Assembly (NCBI GenBank): GCA_016182045.1
Contig: JACOYE010000008.1
Span: 502-64,501 of the forward strand
Length of the DNA stretch: 64,000 nt
Direction of reading: 5' to 3'
Source: Candidatus Microgenomates bacterium
GTDB lineage: Bacteria; Patescibacteriota; Microgenomatia; Daviesbacterales; UBA10151
Shown here: piece after piece, positions 44,450 to 54,600 of the stretch
Position numbering within the stretch: position 1 is the first letter of the stretch
How the letters are laid out: each line of letters starts with the position of its first letter
Made by a program: the position numbers and the translations under genes
Notes under the pieces: model-generated
What the model saw: the letters and a program-made list of their open reading frames with translations, nothing else
Told to the model about the DNA's origin: nothing
The model's database searches: none

Positions 44450-45711
44450 TTGCTTAAAATTTCCGTAAACTTTTGGGTATTTTTAAAAGGCCCAATCACT
44501 TGTAAGTTAAACTTTTCTTTTTTAAAAAGTTCTCTTGCCACATTTTGTATATCTTCTTTTGTGACCTGATCAATCTTTTTTAAATATTCCTTAAATGTTT
44601 CAATTTCCCTATCTAAAATAAATTTTGTCCCAAAATATTGGGCCAAAAAATTGGTAGACTCAGTAGATAAAGCTAATCTTCCTCTTATCATCTCTTTGCC
44701 TTTTTTAAGTTCCTGATCAGTTACCTTTTCTTTAACTATTCTTTCAAGTTCGGCAATAATAACCTGTAACCCCTCTTCTATTTTTTCCAATTTTAATCCT
44801 GCATAAACAGTAAAAGATCCTGTATCTTTATATGGGTTAAAGTTACAACTGACGTGATAAGCCAATCCTCTTTTTTCCCTAATTTCCAAAAATAATCTGG
44901 AGGACATTCCTTCTCCCAAAATAACTGATAAAATCCTGGCAGCATATCTTTTGGGATGGTTTCGATAATACCCTTCAACTCCCAAAACTAAATTTGCCTG
45001 GTCTGTATCTTTATAAAAAACATTTGATCTGGCATTTTTCTGCTTACTTTCTTTATAAGCAGAATGCCTAAATTGTGATCTTTTTGGCAAATCCAAAAAA
45101 TATTTTTCTGCCAGCGCCTGAATATCTTCCGGTAATTTACCAACATATACTAAAGCCATATTTTTGGGAGCATATAAAGAATCCATATAGTTTATAAAAT
45201 TTTGCCTGTTAAATTTTGTGATGATATTTTCCTGACCGCCTATATCCCAACCCAAAGGCTGATCCCCAAACTGTAAAATCTCATATAAATTCCAGACATA
45301 TTGTGTTGGGTGATCTCTATACATTCTCAGTTCTTCAACAATCACTCCCTTTTCTTTCTCTATCTCCTCTTCCACCAAAAGAGACTCTTTGATCATTGAA
45401 GAGAGAATATCTGTTGATAGTTCTATATGTTTTGAAGCTGATTTTATCCAATAATAAGTAACTTCCTTATCTGTGGCTGCATTGTTAACTGCTCCAATTC
45501 CATCAACTAATGTGGCAATTTGTTCAGCTGTTGGATATTTTCTGGATCCTTTAAAAAACATATGCTCCAAAAAGTGCGAAATGCCATTTATATTTTTAGT
45601 CTCATATCGGGAGCCTGCCCCAACAGCTACCAAAGTAGTTACAGAATCAAGATGTGGTAAATCCACTGTAATTAAGGTCAGACCGTTTGTTAGGGTTTTA
45701 ATTTTATGCAT
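44446..45711 (-). CDS. M16-family (pitrilysin/insulinase-like) zinc peptidase
   Basis: Inverted zinc motif HFLEHMFFKGS (HxxEH). Confidence 0.8.
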   Translation of the reverse strand: MHKIKTLTNGLTLITVDLPHLDSVTTLVAVGAGSRYETKNINGISHFLEHMFFKGSRKYPTAEQIATLVDGIGAVNNAATDKEVTYYWIKSASKHIELSTDILSSMIKESLLVEEEIEKEKGVIVEELRMYRDHPTQYVWNLYEILQFGDQPLGWDIGGQENIITKFNRQNFINYMDSLYAPKNMALVYVGKLPEDIQALAEKYFLDLPKRSQFRHSAYKESKQKNARSNVFYKDTDQANLVLGVEGYYRNHPKRYAARILSVILGEGMSSRLFLEIREKRGLAYHVSCNFNPYKDTGSFTVYAGLKLEKIEEGLQVIIAELERIVKEKVTDQELKKGKEMIRGRLALSTESTNFLAQYFGTKFILDREIETFKEYLKKIDQVTKEDIQNVARELFKKEKFNLQVIGPFKNTQKFTEILSK

Positions 45712-45720
45712 GTCTCCCTC

Positions 45721-46392
45721 TCACTTCCCACTTCCGGTAATGTACTTTAGCATCTGATCCACCGTTTCCTCAACTGTTAAATTAGTATTATCAATCACAA
45801 AAGCCCCCTTTGGAATTCTCATTGGAGAAGCTTCTCTTTCAGAGTCTTTTTTATCTCGATCCATCATACCTTTTAAAACATCTTCATATTTGATTGATGG
45901 ATCTTTTTCTACAAGTTGCTTAAATCTCCTTTTAGCCCTAACCTTTGAAGAAGCAGTTAGGAAAAATTTATACTTTGCATCCGGAAAAATTTCAGACCCA
46001 ATATCTCTACCCGTCATAACCGTATTTTTTACTTTACCCAAATTATGCTGAATTATTTTAGTAGCTTCCCTGACCTTCCTGATAGCAGCCACTTCGGGGA
46101 CTATTTTGGTAACATCTGCGTTATGCAAGATATCAGTCACATCTTCACCATTAGCAATAACCCTGATATTATGATTTTGCATTTTGATTCCTACAGTTAA
46201 ATCTTTAAAAACTTGAACAATTCTTTCTTGACCATCCAGGGGTATTTCATTTTTTATAATAAACACACAACCTGCCCGATAGATGGAACCTGTATCTATA
46301 TATTGATAGCCTAATTCTTGGGCCAACAAAAATCCGACACTATTTTTGCCGGAAGAGGTTGGACCGTCAATTGTTATAACATCAGTTTCCAC
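45721..46392 (-). CDS. cmk: cytidylate kinase
   Basis: ITIDGPTSSGKNSV P-loop and ...YIDTGSIYR. Confidence 0.9.
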   Translation of the reverse strand: METDVITIDGPTSSGKNSVGFLLAQELGYQYIDTGSIYRAGCVFIIKNEIPLDGQERIVQVFKDLTVGIKMQNHNIRVIANGEDVTDILHNADVTKIVPEVAAIRKVREATKIIQHNLGKVKNTVMTGRDIGSEIFPDAKYKFFLTASSKVRAKRRFKQLVEKDPSIKYEDVLKGMMDRDKKDSEREASPMRIPKGAFVIDNTNLTVEETVDQMLKYITGSGK

Positions 46393-46399
46393 TAAAGTC

Positions 46400-47809
46400 T
46401 TAGTTTACCACCGTTTTCACGTTTGGTCCAGTTGGAGTATCTTCAATTTCAAAACCCAAACTTTTAATTTCTTTCCTTAACTTATCTGCTTTTTCAAAAT
46501 CTCCGGATTTTCTTACTTGTTCTCTTTGTTCCACCAATTTCATCACATTTTCTGGCACTTCAATTGGTTTACCAAAATATTCATCAAGCCTTAGTCCTAA
46601 AATTTTATCCATGTCCAAAAGAATCCAACCTTTACTAGATATTGTGGCATCGGAGGCAATCATCTCCCATACTACCGCAACAGCTTGGGGCATATTTAAG
46701 TCATTATTAGCAGCATCAAGGAATTTCTGCCAAAATTGTCCGACATTGTCTTTGGATTGTCCTGACAATCTAATTGGTACCTCCCACTGTCTAATTTCAT
46801 TTCTTAAGTTGTTTAAAGCATTTTGAGCAGCCTGCAAAGATTTCCAGGTAAAATTTAATTTATCTCTATAGTGGGCAGTTAAAAAAAGGTATCTTAAAGC
46901 TATTGGGTCAAAACCCTTTTGGATAATCTCATCTATTCTATAGAAATTTTTTTTTGACTTAGACATTTTTTCTCCATCCACCAGTAAAAATTCATGGTGT
47001 ACCCAATATTTAACAAATGGTTTTCCAGTAGCTGCTTCCGATTGAGCTATTTCATTAGTGTGATGAACGGGAATATGGTCCACCCCGCCAGTATGAATAT
47101 CTATACTATCTCCCAGATATTCCATAGCCATGGCAGAACACTCAATATGCCAACCTGGAAATCCCTCCCCCCAAGGAGAAGACCACCTCATCACATGATC
47201 CTTAAAATGACCAACTATAAAAAACCACAATGCAAAATCTTGTGGATTTTTTTTCTGTTTATCCACCACCACATCCGATCTTGCACCTATCTCTTTTTCT
47301 TCAAGTCTTTGTCCCGACAATTTTGTGTAGGTGGGGAATTTTGTGATATCAAAATAAATTGCCTGATCTGTTATATAGGTAAATCCATTTTTTTCTAATT
47401 TTTTAATAAGTTTAATTTGTTCTTCAACGTGATCTGTTGCCTTTGCAATAACATTCGGTCTTTTTATATTCAGTGTATCTTGGGATCTGAAGAAATAATC
47501 TTCAAAAAATTTTGCCACCTCCCAAACGCTTTTACCAAACTGCTTGGCCCCTTTTTCCATTTTATCTTCACCGCTGTCTCTATCGGAAACCAAATGACCA
47601 ACATCTGTAATATTCATCACATGTTTGACCTGATACTCATTTGCTTCTAAAATTCTTCTTAAAATATCATTTCCTACATAAGTCCTCAAGTGTCCAATGT
47701 GGGTATAATCATAAACAGTAGGTCCACAAGTATACATTCCGACAGAAGGTGGATTAATGGGTTTAAATTCTTCAACTTTTTTAGTTAGGGTATTATAAAG
47801 TTTAAGCAT
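46400..47809 (-). CDS. cysS: cysteinyl-tRNA synthetase
   Basis: HIGH (THIGHLRTY), KMSKS and Zn-binding Cys residues. Confidence 0.9.
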   Translation of the reverse strand: MLKLYNTLTKKVEEFKPINPPSVGMYTCGPTVYDYTHIGHLRTYVGNDILRRILEANEYQVKHVMNITDVGHLVSDRDSGEDKMEKGAKQFGKSVWEVAKFFEDYFFRSQDTLNIKRPNVIAKATDHVEEQIKLIKKLEKNGFTYITDQAIYFDITKFPTYTKLSGQRLEEKEIGARSDVVVDKQKKNPQDFALWFFIVGHFKDHVMRWSSPWGEGFPGWHIECSAMAMEYLGDSIDIHTGGVDHIPVHHTNEIAQSEAATGKPFVKYWVHHEFLLVDGEKMSKSKKNFYRIDEIIQKGFDPIALRYLFLTAHYRDKLNFTWKSLQAAQNALNNLRNEIRQWEVPIRLSGQSKDNVGQFWQKFLDAANNDLNMPQAVAVVWEMIASDATISSKGWILLDMDKILGLRLDEYFGKPIEVPENVMKLVEQREQVRKSGDFEKADKLRKEIKSLGFEIEDTPTGPNVKTVVN

Positions 47810-47812
47810 ACC

Positions 47813-48214
47813 TTATCCACCCACCCCCCGTTTTAACTCAGCCTTACCCATAGCCTTGATGGCAATAGGCAGTTCTTTTTTCTTTTGAATTATCACTATC
47901 TCTTCCTTTTGTTTCTCCTGCTGCTCTTGCTGTTGTCTTTGTAATTGTTTTTGTTTCTCTTGTTCTCTAACACGTCTTTGGTCTTCCCGCAAATCATTCC
48001 ACCAATTAAGTTTTCTTCTGGTTTCTGCCAGTTGTTTTTGTCTTTCCAGCTCTTTTTGCTGAAGCTGTTGTGGAGTAAGCTGAGTACCTGCTACAGATTG
48101 AACCCCCTGCTCAATTGCCTGCCCCACCGAATCTTTAACATCCCTAGTGACATCCCTAACTGCTGTCTCCATTTCATCAGTAAATTGTTTTACAGTCCCA
48201 CCAGAATCAGCCAT
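47813..48214 (-). CDS. hypothetical Gln/Glu/Lys-rich coiled-coil protein (133 aa)
   Basis: ORF with low-complexity QQ/EK repeats. Confidence 0.35.
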   Translation of the reverse strand: MADSGGTVKQFTDEMETAVRDVTRDVKDSVGQAIEQGVQSVAGTQLTPQQLQQKELERQKQLAETRRKLNWWNDLREDQRRVREQEKQKQLQRQQQEQQEKQKEEIVIIQKKKELPIAIKAMGKAELKRGVGG

Positions 48215-48391
48215 AAATATACTATAGCATAACTAAGAAAAAAGCAGCGAAGTCACAAGTAATAAAGCAATTAGAAAGTTTTGTGTGCAGTTGCTCATCA
48301 CAAAACTTTCCCATAGCGAGGTCTTGAGTACTTACTTTATGACTCAGAATTACTGACCGAGTGGTACTTTATACTGTAACGAGCTGCTTAC

Positions 48392-48988
48392 TTAATATTC
48401 CTTCCTTCCTTCTAAAGCCCTAGATAAAGTTGTCTCATCAGCATATTCTAAGTCAGCACCTACTGGTAATCCTCTAGCTATTCTTGTAATTTTCATCCCT
48501 AGTGGTTGCAGTAGCCTTTGAATATACATGGCGGTTGCCTCTCCCTCCATGGTGGGATTGGTTGCTAAAATAATTTCTTTGACTTGACCGCTTTTAAGCC
48601 TTGGCAAAAGCTCTTTTATCCGCAGTTCATCTGGGCCGATATTTTCTAAAGGGGCAATCACCCCATGCAAGACATGATATAAACCCTTATAATTTGCCCG
48701 CTCCAAAGCCAAAACATCCAGTGGGTTTTCAACAACCATAATGGTTGACTGATCCCTTGTGAAATCAGAACATATTGTGCACGGGTCTTCCTCTCCAATA
48801 TTAAAACAATTAGAACAAAGGAGGGTTTTGTCCTTCATTTCTAAAGCAGCATTAGCTAATTTCTCTGCTTCCTCTTTTGGAGCATGAAGTAAATAAAAAG
48901 TTAAACGTTGTGCAGTTTTAGGCCCAATTCCAGGCAACCTTTCAAAAGCCTCTATCAAATTTTGTACGGACTTTGGAACTTGTGCCAT
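48392..48988 (-). CDS. recR: recombination protein RecR
   Basis: HhH N-terminus, C4 zinc finger (CSNCFNIGEEDPCTICSD) and Toprim domain. Confidence 0.9.
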   Translation of the reverse strand: MAQVPKSVQNLIEAFERLPGIGPKTAQRLTFYLLHAPKEEAEKLANAALEMKDKTLLCSNCFNIGEEDPCTICSDFTRDQSTIMVVENPLDVLALERANYKGLYHVLHGVIAPLENIGPDELRIKELLPRLKSGQVKEIILATNPTMEGEATAMYIQRLLQPLGMKITRIARGLPVGADLEYADETTLSRALEGRKEY

Positions 48989-49029
48989 GGCGAGGAAAAT
49001 TCTATCAGAAGATTCTCCGAATTACTATA

Positions 49030-49311
49030 TTAACCCATTCCAGGCAAACCCATACCTCCCATTAATCCTTTCATTTCCTCTGCAGCTACTTTTTGGCTTT
49101 GCTTTAATGCCTCATTAACTGCTTCTGTGACTTTTTGAGGGTCCATCTCTCCTGAGATTGATTGAACTTTTTGATCAGCTGTCATCACAATAATCACCCC
49201 TCTATGTTCCACAGTGATTTTTATCACGGCCAGTTTCTTTTGCACTTCCATAGCCTGATCCCTCATTTTCTTAAGATCACCCAGTTGTTTTAGATTATCC
49301 ATTAAACCCAT
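49030..49311 (-). CDS. ybaB: nucleoid-associated protein YbaB/EbfC
   Basis: MGLMDNLKQLGDLKKMRDQAMEVQKKL... typical of YbaB; it sits in the classic dnaX-ybaB-recR neighbourhood. Confidence 0.85.
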   Translation of the reverse strand: MGLMDNLKQLGDLKKMRDQAMEVQKKLAVIKITVEHRGVIIVMTADQKVQSISGEMDPQKVTEAVNEALKQSQKVAAEEMKGLMGGMGLPGMG

Positions 49312-49314
49312 GGT

Positions 49315-50151
49315 CTATTTTCTCCTTGCAGATGATTGTACAACATTTCTTAATAAACAGGCAATTGTTAATGGGCCAATCCCTCCAATGGTTGGACAAT
49401 ATAATTTGGCCTTTTTGGAAACTTCCTCCTCATTAATATCACCATAAATTTTAGATTGTTCATCTATTATCTCTTTCCCAACTCCCACTCCTATCACATA
49501 TGCCCCATCTTTTATATTAGATCCGTTGACAATATGTTTTTTACCTGTAGCAGAAATAACCACATCAGCATTCTTAATAATCTCATCAGGATTTTCTGTT
49601 TTTGAATCTATCACAGTTATACCGATTCCCTTCTCTTTTAATAGATTGATTGTTGGTCTCCCGGCAGTTTTTCCTTTTCCCAAGATGACTATCTTCTTAC
49701 CTTCTAAAAAGTCTTCAGCATTTTTAAAACCTTCATGTTTGGCAAAAGCTCCAATCATTTCCCAAACTGCCAAAGCTGTCGCCCCCCTAAATGGTGAGTT
49801 TTCTAAAAATCCATCTACATCTTTTAAGACAGTAACTTTTGATGAAATCTCATCAAAATCCCAACCCTCATATACTGGATACTGGACAATTATTCCATTA
49901 AGTTTGGGGTCATCGTTTAGCCTATTGATAGTTTCCAAACACCTATTCATCTCGCTTTTGGAAAACTCAAAAAGTTCAACCTTTATACCAATTCTTTGAG
50001 CAGTTTTTATTTTACTATTAACATAAATCTTTGATGCTGGATTATCTCCAGCCAAAATTATGGCAAGGGAGGGTTTTAAGTTTTTTTCTTTAATTTCTTT
50101 TTCTAATTTCTTTAGAATTGCTTCTGCAACTTCTTTACCAGATACTTTCAT
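49315..50151 (-). CDS. folD: bifunctional methylenetetrahydrofolate dehydrogenase/cyclohydrolase (start placed at the internal MKVSGK; the longer ORF to 50190 overlaps glyA)
   Basis: ILAGDNPASKIYVNSKIK and the GKKIVILGKGKTAGRP Rossmann motif. Confidence 0.85.
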   Translation of the reverse strand: MKVSGKEVAEAILKKLEKEIKEKNLKPSLAIILAGDNPASKIYVNSKIKTAQRIGIKVELFEFSKSEMNRCLETINRLNDDPKLNGIIVQYPVYEGWDFDEISSKVTVLKDVDGFLENSPFRGATALAVWEMIGAFAKHEGFKNAEDFLEGKKIVILGKGKTAGRPTINLLKEKGIGITVIDSKTENPDEIIKNADVVISATGKKHIVNGSNIKDGAYVIGVGVGKEIIDEQSKIYGDINEEEVSKKAKLYCPTIGGIGPLTIACLLRNVVQSSARRK

Positions 50152-50155
50152 CCAA

Positions 50156-51448
50156 TCATTGTATACCGGGCACTGGAAATTTTCCAGCAAATTCTTCCAC
50201 TTCTTTTCTTATTTGTCTTAAATTTTTATTTGTCTTAAGAATCTTTTTAACCTCTTTTAAGAAATCTTTTCTTTTGTCCTGTTCTTTTGGTAAATCGTGA
50301 CCCCTCACTTCTTCCAAAACTCTCTTTATCCATGTTGCAATTTTAATCATATCCTTCTCCTTCATGCCTCTAGTTGTAAGCGCCGGAGATCCTAACCTGA
50401 TTCCAGATGGATAAAAGGGAGAGGCCGGTTCACCTGGAATGGTGTTTTTATTCACTGTAATACCTGCTTCCTCTAAAGCATATTGCGCTTGATAACCTAA
50501 ACCATATCCCAGATCAGTCAAACTCTTCAACACAAGATGTACTTGGGAAACAGTGCCTAACTGGTCAGCTAAAACCTTAGCATTTTTAACAACCTGTCCA
50601 ATATAGTTTTTAAATGAAGGCTTTAATGCCTCTTCTAAAGCAACAGCAATTGCTGCAGTTTGATGATCGTGTGGTCCCCCTTGTAAACCGGGCATGACAG
50701 ACTTTTCCAATCTTTTGGCAAGCTCTGGATCTTTGTCTAATCCTTTTTTAGTAATAAGTATCATGGCCCCCCTGGGGCCTCTTAAAGTTTTATGAGTAGT
50801 TGTGGTCATAACATGAACATAGGGCACAGGAGTGGGGTGATATCCTGTCACAACCAGACCCGAGATATGTGAGGTGTCTGCCACTAAAAAACAGCCCACC
50901 TCATCTGCAATCTGGGCAAAACCTTTGTAGTCTATTTGAAAGGGATAGGCGGTTGTGCCAACCCATATAAATTTGGGTTTATGTTTTTTGGCCAAAGCTT
51001 TCACCTCATCCAAGTCTATCTGCCAAGTTTTTGGATCTACTCCATACTGGATGGCATTAAAAAGACGGCCAGTCCAGGAAGCTTGAGCCCCGAAAGTTAA
51101 ATGACCACCGGCCGTTAGACTTTGACCCAAAGTGGTACCTCCTGGACCAGCCAATTCTAATGCCACAGCCAGATTGGCAGGAGAACCGCTGTGAGGTTGA
51201 ACGATGGCATGGACTGTACCAAATAATTTATTGGCCAACTCACAAGCATATCTTTCTATCTTGTCTATTATTTCATTCCCACCATAATATCTTGCACCGG
51301 GGAACCCTTCTGAATATTTATTAGTCAAAATTGACCCCATGGCTTTTAAAACATCTTCTGAAGCATAGTTTTCAGAAGGTATCATCTCCAACCCATATTT
51401 TTGTCTATGTGCCTCTTCAGCAATCAACCCGAAAACCTTTGATGTCAT
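50156..51448 (-). CDS. glyA: serine hydroxymethyltransferase
   Basis: PSENYAS..., the TTTTHKTLRGPRG PLP-lysine region. Confidence 0.9.
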   Translation of the reverse strand: MTSKVFGLIAEEAHRQKYGLEMIPSENYASEDVLKAMGSILTNKYSEGFPGARYYGGNEIIDKIERYACELANKLFGTVHAIVQPHSGSPANLAVALELAGPGGTTLGQSLTAGGHLTFGAQASWTGRLFNAIQYGVDPKTWQIDLDEVKALAKKHKPKFIWVGTTAYPFQIDYKGFAQIADEVGCFLVADTSHISGLVVTGYHPTPVPYVHVMTTTTHKTLRGPRGAMILITKKGLDKDPELAKRLEKSVMPGLQGGPHDHQTAAIAVALEEALKPSFKNYIGQVVKNAKVLADQLGTVSQVHLVLKSLTDLGYGLGYQAQYALEEAGITVNKNTIPGEPASPFYPSGIRLGSPALTTRGMKEKDMIKIATWIKRVLEEVRGHDLPKEQDKRKDFLKEVKKILKTNKNLRQIRKEVEEFAGKFPVPGIQ

Positions 51449-51487
51449 ATGTGTAATTTATAGAGTCGGAAGCTTTCAGTCAAGAGG

Positions 51488-53095
51488 CTAGTTAATGGAG
51501 TCTGAGTTAAAAATTTCTGAAGCAATTCGTATAATTTCATCATCTTGGGCCACCTCTATATTAACAACATCTTCCAATCTTTTAGGACGGTTGCCTAAAA
51601 CCGTTACCACCTTCACTTGCCTTCCTAAAATATCAGACAAGACAGATTCCAAAAGATCCCGATTTTTGGGAGCTTCCAGAATTCTTTGATGAAAAGAATA
51701 AGGTACTTCCAAAACTACCCCGGTTTCATTACATTCTCTAATATTTATGGATCTAAGTAATGCTTCCAAAGAAAAATTAAATGGTCTGATAGTTTCCAAA
51801 ACATAAGTCCATTTTTCCTTAAGCAAAAGGATATCAGGGGAATCTGAACTTGACGGTGGATGATTGAGGATAGAAGGTGGATCTTTGATGCCGGAAGATG
51901 GAGGATGGATTTCTTCTTGCTTTTCTATATTCGAACTCCTACCTTCTACCTCTATCTTCAATTTTCCATCATCTATCGTCTTATTTGTTTGTTCTCCACA
52001 TATCTCCACCACTGCTATCTCTAACGGTAATTGAGGAATTAAGGCAAATTTTAATTTTTCCAAGGCATCTTGTAATACATCCAAGGCATCAATTAAATTA
52101 TTGGTGCCAAACTGTTCAGAGATTTCTACTAATTTTTGATAATTCTCCTGGGTATATTGAGGTTTTACCAGATGCTGCCCTACACCGTTTTTAATGAGCA
52201 TCAAACTTCTCAATATATCCATCAAAGACACCATCAACTCCTTAACATCCAAACCTTTATCTATCTGTTTTTGTACAGTCATTAAGCTCTCTTGAATTTT
52301 CTTTTTAGCCAAAGTTTCAATAACTCCTATTAAATCATCAAACTTTGAGGAGCTTAAGGTTACTAATAAAATATCATTGGTAATCTTTTTCCCTAAAGTA
52401 GCTACTTGATCAAGCAATTTGACCGCATCTCTAAAGGAGCCATCGGCTTTCTTAATCAGAGTTTGAATCGCCTCTCCCTCAATATCAATTTTTTCCTCTT
52501 TAATAATTCTCTCCAAAGCCTGTCTTAACTCCATATGAGTAGCCAGCTTAAAATCCAGTCTTTGGGAACGGGAAAGAATTGTTTGTGGAATTTTCGAAAC
52601 CTCAGTGGTGGCCATAATGAAAAGGGCATGGTTGGGGGGTTCTTCCAAGGTTTTAAGGAGTGCATTAAAGGCCTCGCTGGTTAACATATGAACCTCATCA
52701 ATTATGTAAACTTTCTTTTTAGAAGAAGTTGGGGCCAGTTTAATTTTTTCCCTTAATGCTCTGATATCTTCAATACCTCTGTTTGATGCCGCATCTATCT
52801 CGATGAGGTCCAAATTGCTACCATCGGTTATGGAGACGCATGTAGAACACTTATTACATGGGACTTCACCCTTCCCGCTTTCCCCTTTACCCTCACAATT
52901 AACCATCTTGGCCAAAATTCTGGCTGTGGAAGTTTTGCCTGTACCTCTGGGACCGACAAAAAGATAGGCATGTGATAATTTATTGCCTTTGTAAGAGGCG
53001 AAAAGAGTTTCCTTAATCCCTTCTTGACCAATTAGATCCTTAAGGGTCTGAGGACGATATTTTAGGTAGAATGCTTGATTGATATTTTTACTCAT
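51488..53095 (-). CDS. dnaX: DNA polymerase III subunit gamma/tau
   Basis: AAA+ P-loop GPRGTGKTS, Zn module CNKCSTC and the SRSQ sensor region. Confidence 0.85.
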   Translation of the reverse strand: MSKNINQAFYLKYRPQTLKDLIGQEGIKETLFASYKGNKLSHAYLFVGPRGTGKTSTARILAKMVNCEGKGESGKGEVPCNKCSTCVSITDGSNLDLIEIDAASNRGIEDIRALREKIKLAPTSSKKKVYIIDEVHMLTSEAFNALLKTLEEPPNHALFIMATTEVSKIPQTILSRSQRLDFKLATHMELRQALERIIKEEKIDIEGEAIQTLIKKADGSFRDAVKLLDQVATLGKKITNDILLVTLSSSKFDDLIGVIETLAKKKIQESLMTVQKQIDKGLDVKELMVSLMDILRSLMLIKNGVGQHLVKPQYTQENYQKLVEISEQFGTNNLIDALDVLQDALEKLKFALIPQLPLEIAVVEICGEQTNKTIDDGKLKIEVEGRSSNIEKQEEIHPPSSGIKDPPSILNHPPSSSDSPDILLLKEKWTYVLETIRPFNFSLEALLRSINIRECNETGVVLEVPYSFHQRILEAPKNRDLLESVLSDILGRQVKVVTVLGNRPKRLEDVVNIEVAQDDEIIRIASEIFNSDSIN

Positions 53096-53501
53096 GGTGG
53101 ATCCCCAACAGATGACCTACACCATGCTCCACTAAGTTTCTTATCTCCTCATCTACTGGTATCCCATCAATTGAAGCATCCTCCACTGCCTGCGGATAGG
53201 AAATGACAATGTCACCAAGCCTTAAAAATTTATCGGGCGAGGACACAAAACCGATTCTGGGAATATGTTGTAAGTTTGATTGATTAGGATCCTCAAGGGC
53301 AAAAGATAATATGTCTGTGGTGGAGTCAATCCCGCGAAACTTCCGATTAAGCTCGTGCATCTTCCGATCTCCCACAATATTGACCCCCAGCTCTATTCTG
53401 CCGTGGATGCGGTGTCTCCGTAGAGCCTCTAAAACTACCACTCTTATAGCCGCTCTATCTATTCCATATCTTGGATCTGAAGAAACAATAATATTAATCA
53501 T
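53088..53501 (-). CDS. ybeY: rRNA maturation endoribonuclease YbeY
   Basis: H-x3-H-x5-H zinc motif (HGVGHLLGIHHE) and RKMHELNRKFRGIDSTTDILSF. Confidence 0.85.
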   Translation of the reverse strand: MINIIVSSDPRYGIDRAAIRVVVLEALRRHRIHGRIELGVNIVGDRKMHELNRKFRGIDSTTDILSFALEDPNQSNLQHIPRIGFVSSPDKFLRLGDIVISYPQAVEDASIDGIPVDEEIRNLVEHGVGHLLGIHHE

Positions 53502-53607
53502 AAATTTTAAATTCTAAATTTTTAATTTTTATTCAAATATAAATGTCTTAATTTTAAATTTTTAAACATTTAAAATTGATTTAAAATTTCAAATTGAAAA
53601 TTAAAAA
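53502..53607. repeat. AT-rich intercistronic repeat R1 (106 bp) between yqeY and ybeY; about 90% identical to R2 at 59756-59869
   Basis: Alignment of the two regions shows only one 11-nt indel and a few substitutions. Confidence 0.6.
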
Positions 53608-54051
53608 TTATTCAGATAACCTTTCCTTAACTATATTACTAACAACACTTCCATCAGCTCTACCAGCCACCTTACCCATAACTAATCCCATTACTCTTCC
53701 CATATCATCCAAACTTTTGGCCCCTAACTCATTTATAGAATCTTGGACTAATTTAGTCAACTCCTCATTTGAAAGTTGGGCCGGCATATATGCTTGCAAA
53801 ATCTTTTCTTCAGCTTCTTCTTTCTGTGCTTGATCTTCCCTGCCACCTTGTCTAAAACCCTCTGCTGCTTCTTTTCTTTTTTTAACTTCCCGTTGAGCAA
53901 CCTGGATCGCGTCTTGATCAGTTAAGTTACCACCCTTTTGAATCTCTAGATTGTGGATCTCTGACAAAAGCAGTCTTAAGGTGACAACCTTTACTTCATC
54001 CCTATCTAGCTGAGCTTGTTTTAAATCAGACTGCAATTGATCAATCAACAT
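53608..54051 (-). CDS. GatB/YqeY-domain protein
   Basis: MLIDQLQSDLKQAQLDRDEVKVVTLRLLLSEI... typical YqeY. Confidence 0.8.
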   Translation of the reverse strand: MLIDQLQSDLKQAQLDRDEVKVVTLRLLLSEIHNLEIQKGGNLTDQDAIQVAQREVKKRKEAAEGFRQGGREDQAQKEEAEEKILQAYMPAQLSNEELTKLVQDSINELGAKSLDDMGRVMGLVMGKVAGRADGSVVSNIVKERLSE

Positions 54052-54054
54052 AAT

Positions 54055-54285
54055 CTAGCCCGAATACCTTCTGGCCCGCATAATTTTTCTTCTTTTCTCA
54101 GCCAAATATACTTGCCTTAACTCTGAAGGTTTTTTATAAACTGATCTTTCTCTAATTTCCTGAACTATTCCTTCAGCCACGACTTTTTTTTGAAATTTCC
54201 TGATGACAGCATCAGTTGAATCCCCAGGTCCTGCTTTTACAACAATACTCAATAAAAACACCTCCTTTAAACATATTTCTTCCAT
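54055..54285 (-). CDS. rpsU: 30S ribosomal protein S21 (the true start is possibly downstream of the annotated ATG, avoiding the overlap with the HIT gene)
   Basis: ...IRKFQKKVVAEGI..YKKPSELRQVYLAEKRRKIMRARR matches the S21 basic C-terminus. Confidence 0.75.
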   Translation of the reverse strand: MEEICLKEVFLLSIVVKAGPGDSTDAVIRKFQKKVVAEGIVQEIRERSVYKKPSELRQVYLAEKRRKIMRARRYSG

Positions 54286-54599
54286 TGTCCACCTAAAAGG
54301 TGAAAATGTAAATGGGGTATGTGTTGAGCCTTACCTCCATTTACCACTACCCGATATAAATCTTCTCTTAAGTTGTTCTCCAAAACTAACTTATTCACAA
54401 CCTCATATACTTCGATTAGCAAATCACCGTGTTCTCTCCCTAACTGCCCCATCCCGCTGATATGCTTTTTGGGTACTATTAAAAGATGGACATCAGCTGA
54501 AGGATTAATATCCGGAAAAACCACTATATGGTCGGATTCATAGTCAAACTCTTTCGGAATCTCTTTGTTTATAATCTTGCAAAAAATACATTGATCCAT
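54267..54599 (-). CDS. HIT-family (histidine triad) nucleotide hydrolase
   Basis: CIFCKI N-terminus and the HIPHLHFHLLGG triad. Confidence 0.85.
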   Translation of the reverse strand: MDQCIFCKIINKEIPKEFDYESDHIVVFPDINPSADVHLLIVPKKHISGMGQLGREHGDLLIEVYEVVNKLVLENNLREDLYRVVVNGGKAQHIPHLHFHLLGGQWKKYV

Positions 54600-54600
54600 C

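Noticed and set aside
48215-48391. A 177-bp intergenic region upstream of the 133-aa ORF with an 11-bp perfect inverted repeat (AAAGTTTTGTG...CACAAAACTTT) as a possible tRNA or sRNA locus.
   Set aside because: There is no tRNA-like T-loop or anticodon-arm pattern, and no promoter-terminator pair comparable to the 12760-12917 candidate. It is more likely a recR terminator or operator.
51488-53095. Programmed -1 frameshift site (A AAA AAG) in dnaX producing gamma.
   Set aside because: No A AAA AAG heptamer was found in the coding strand of this dnaX.
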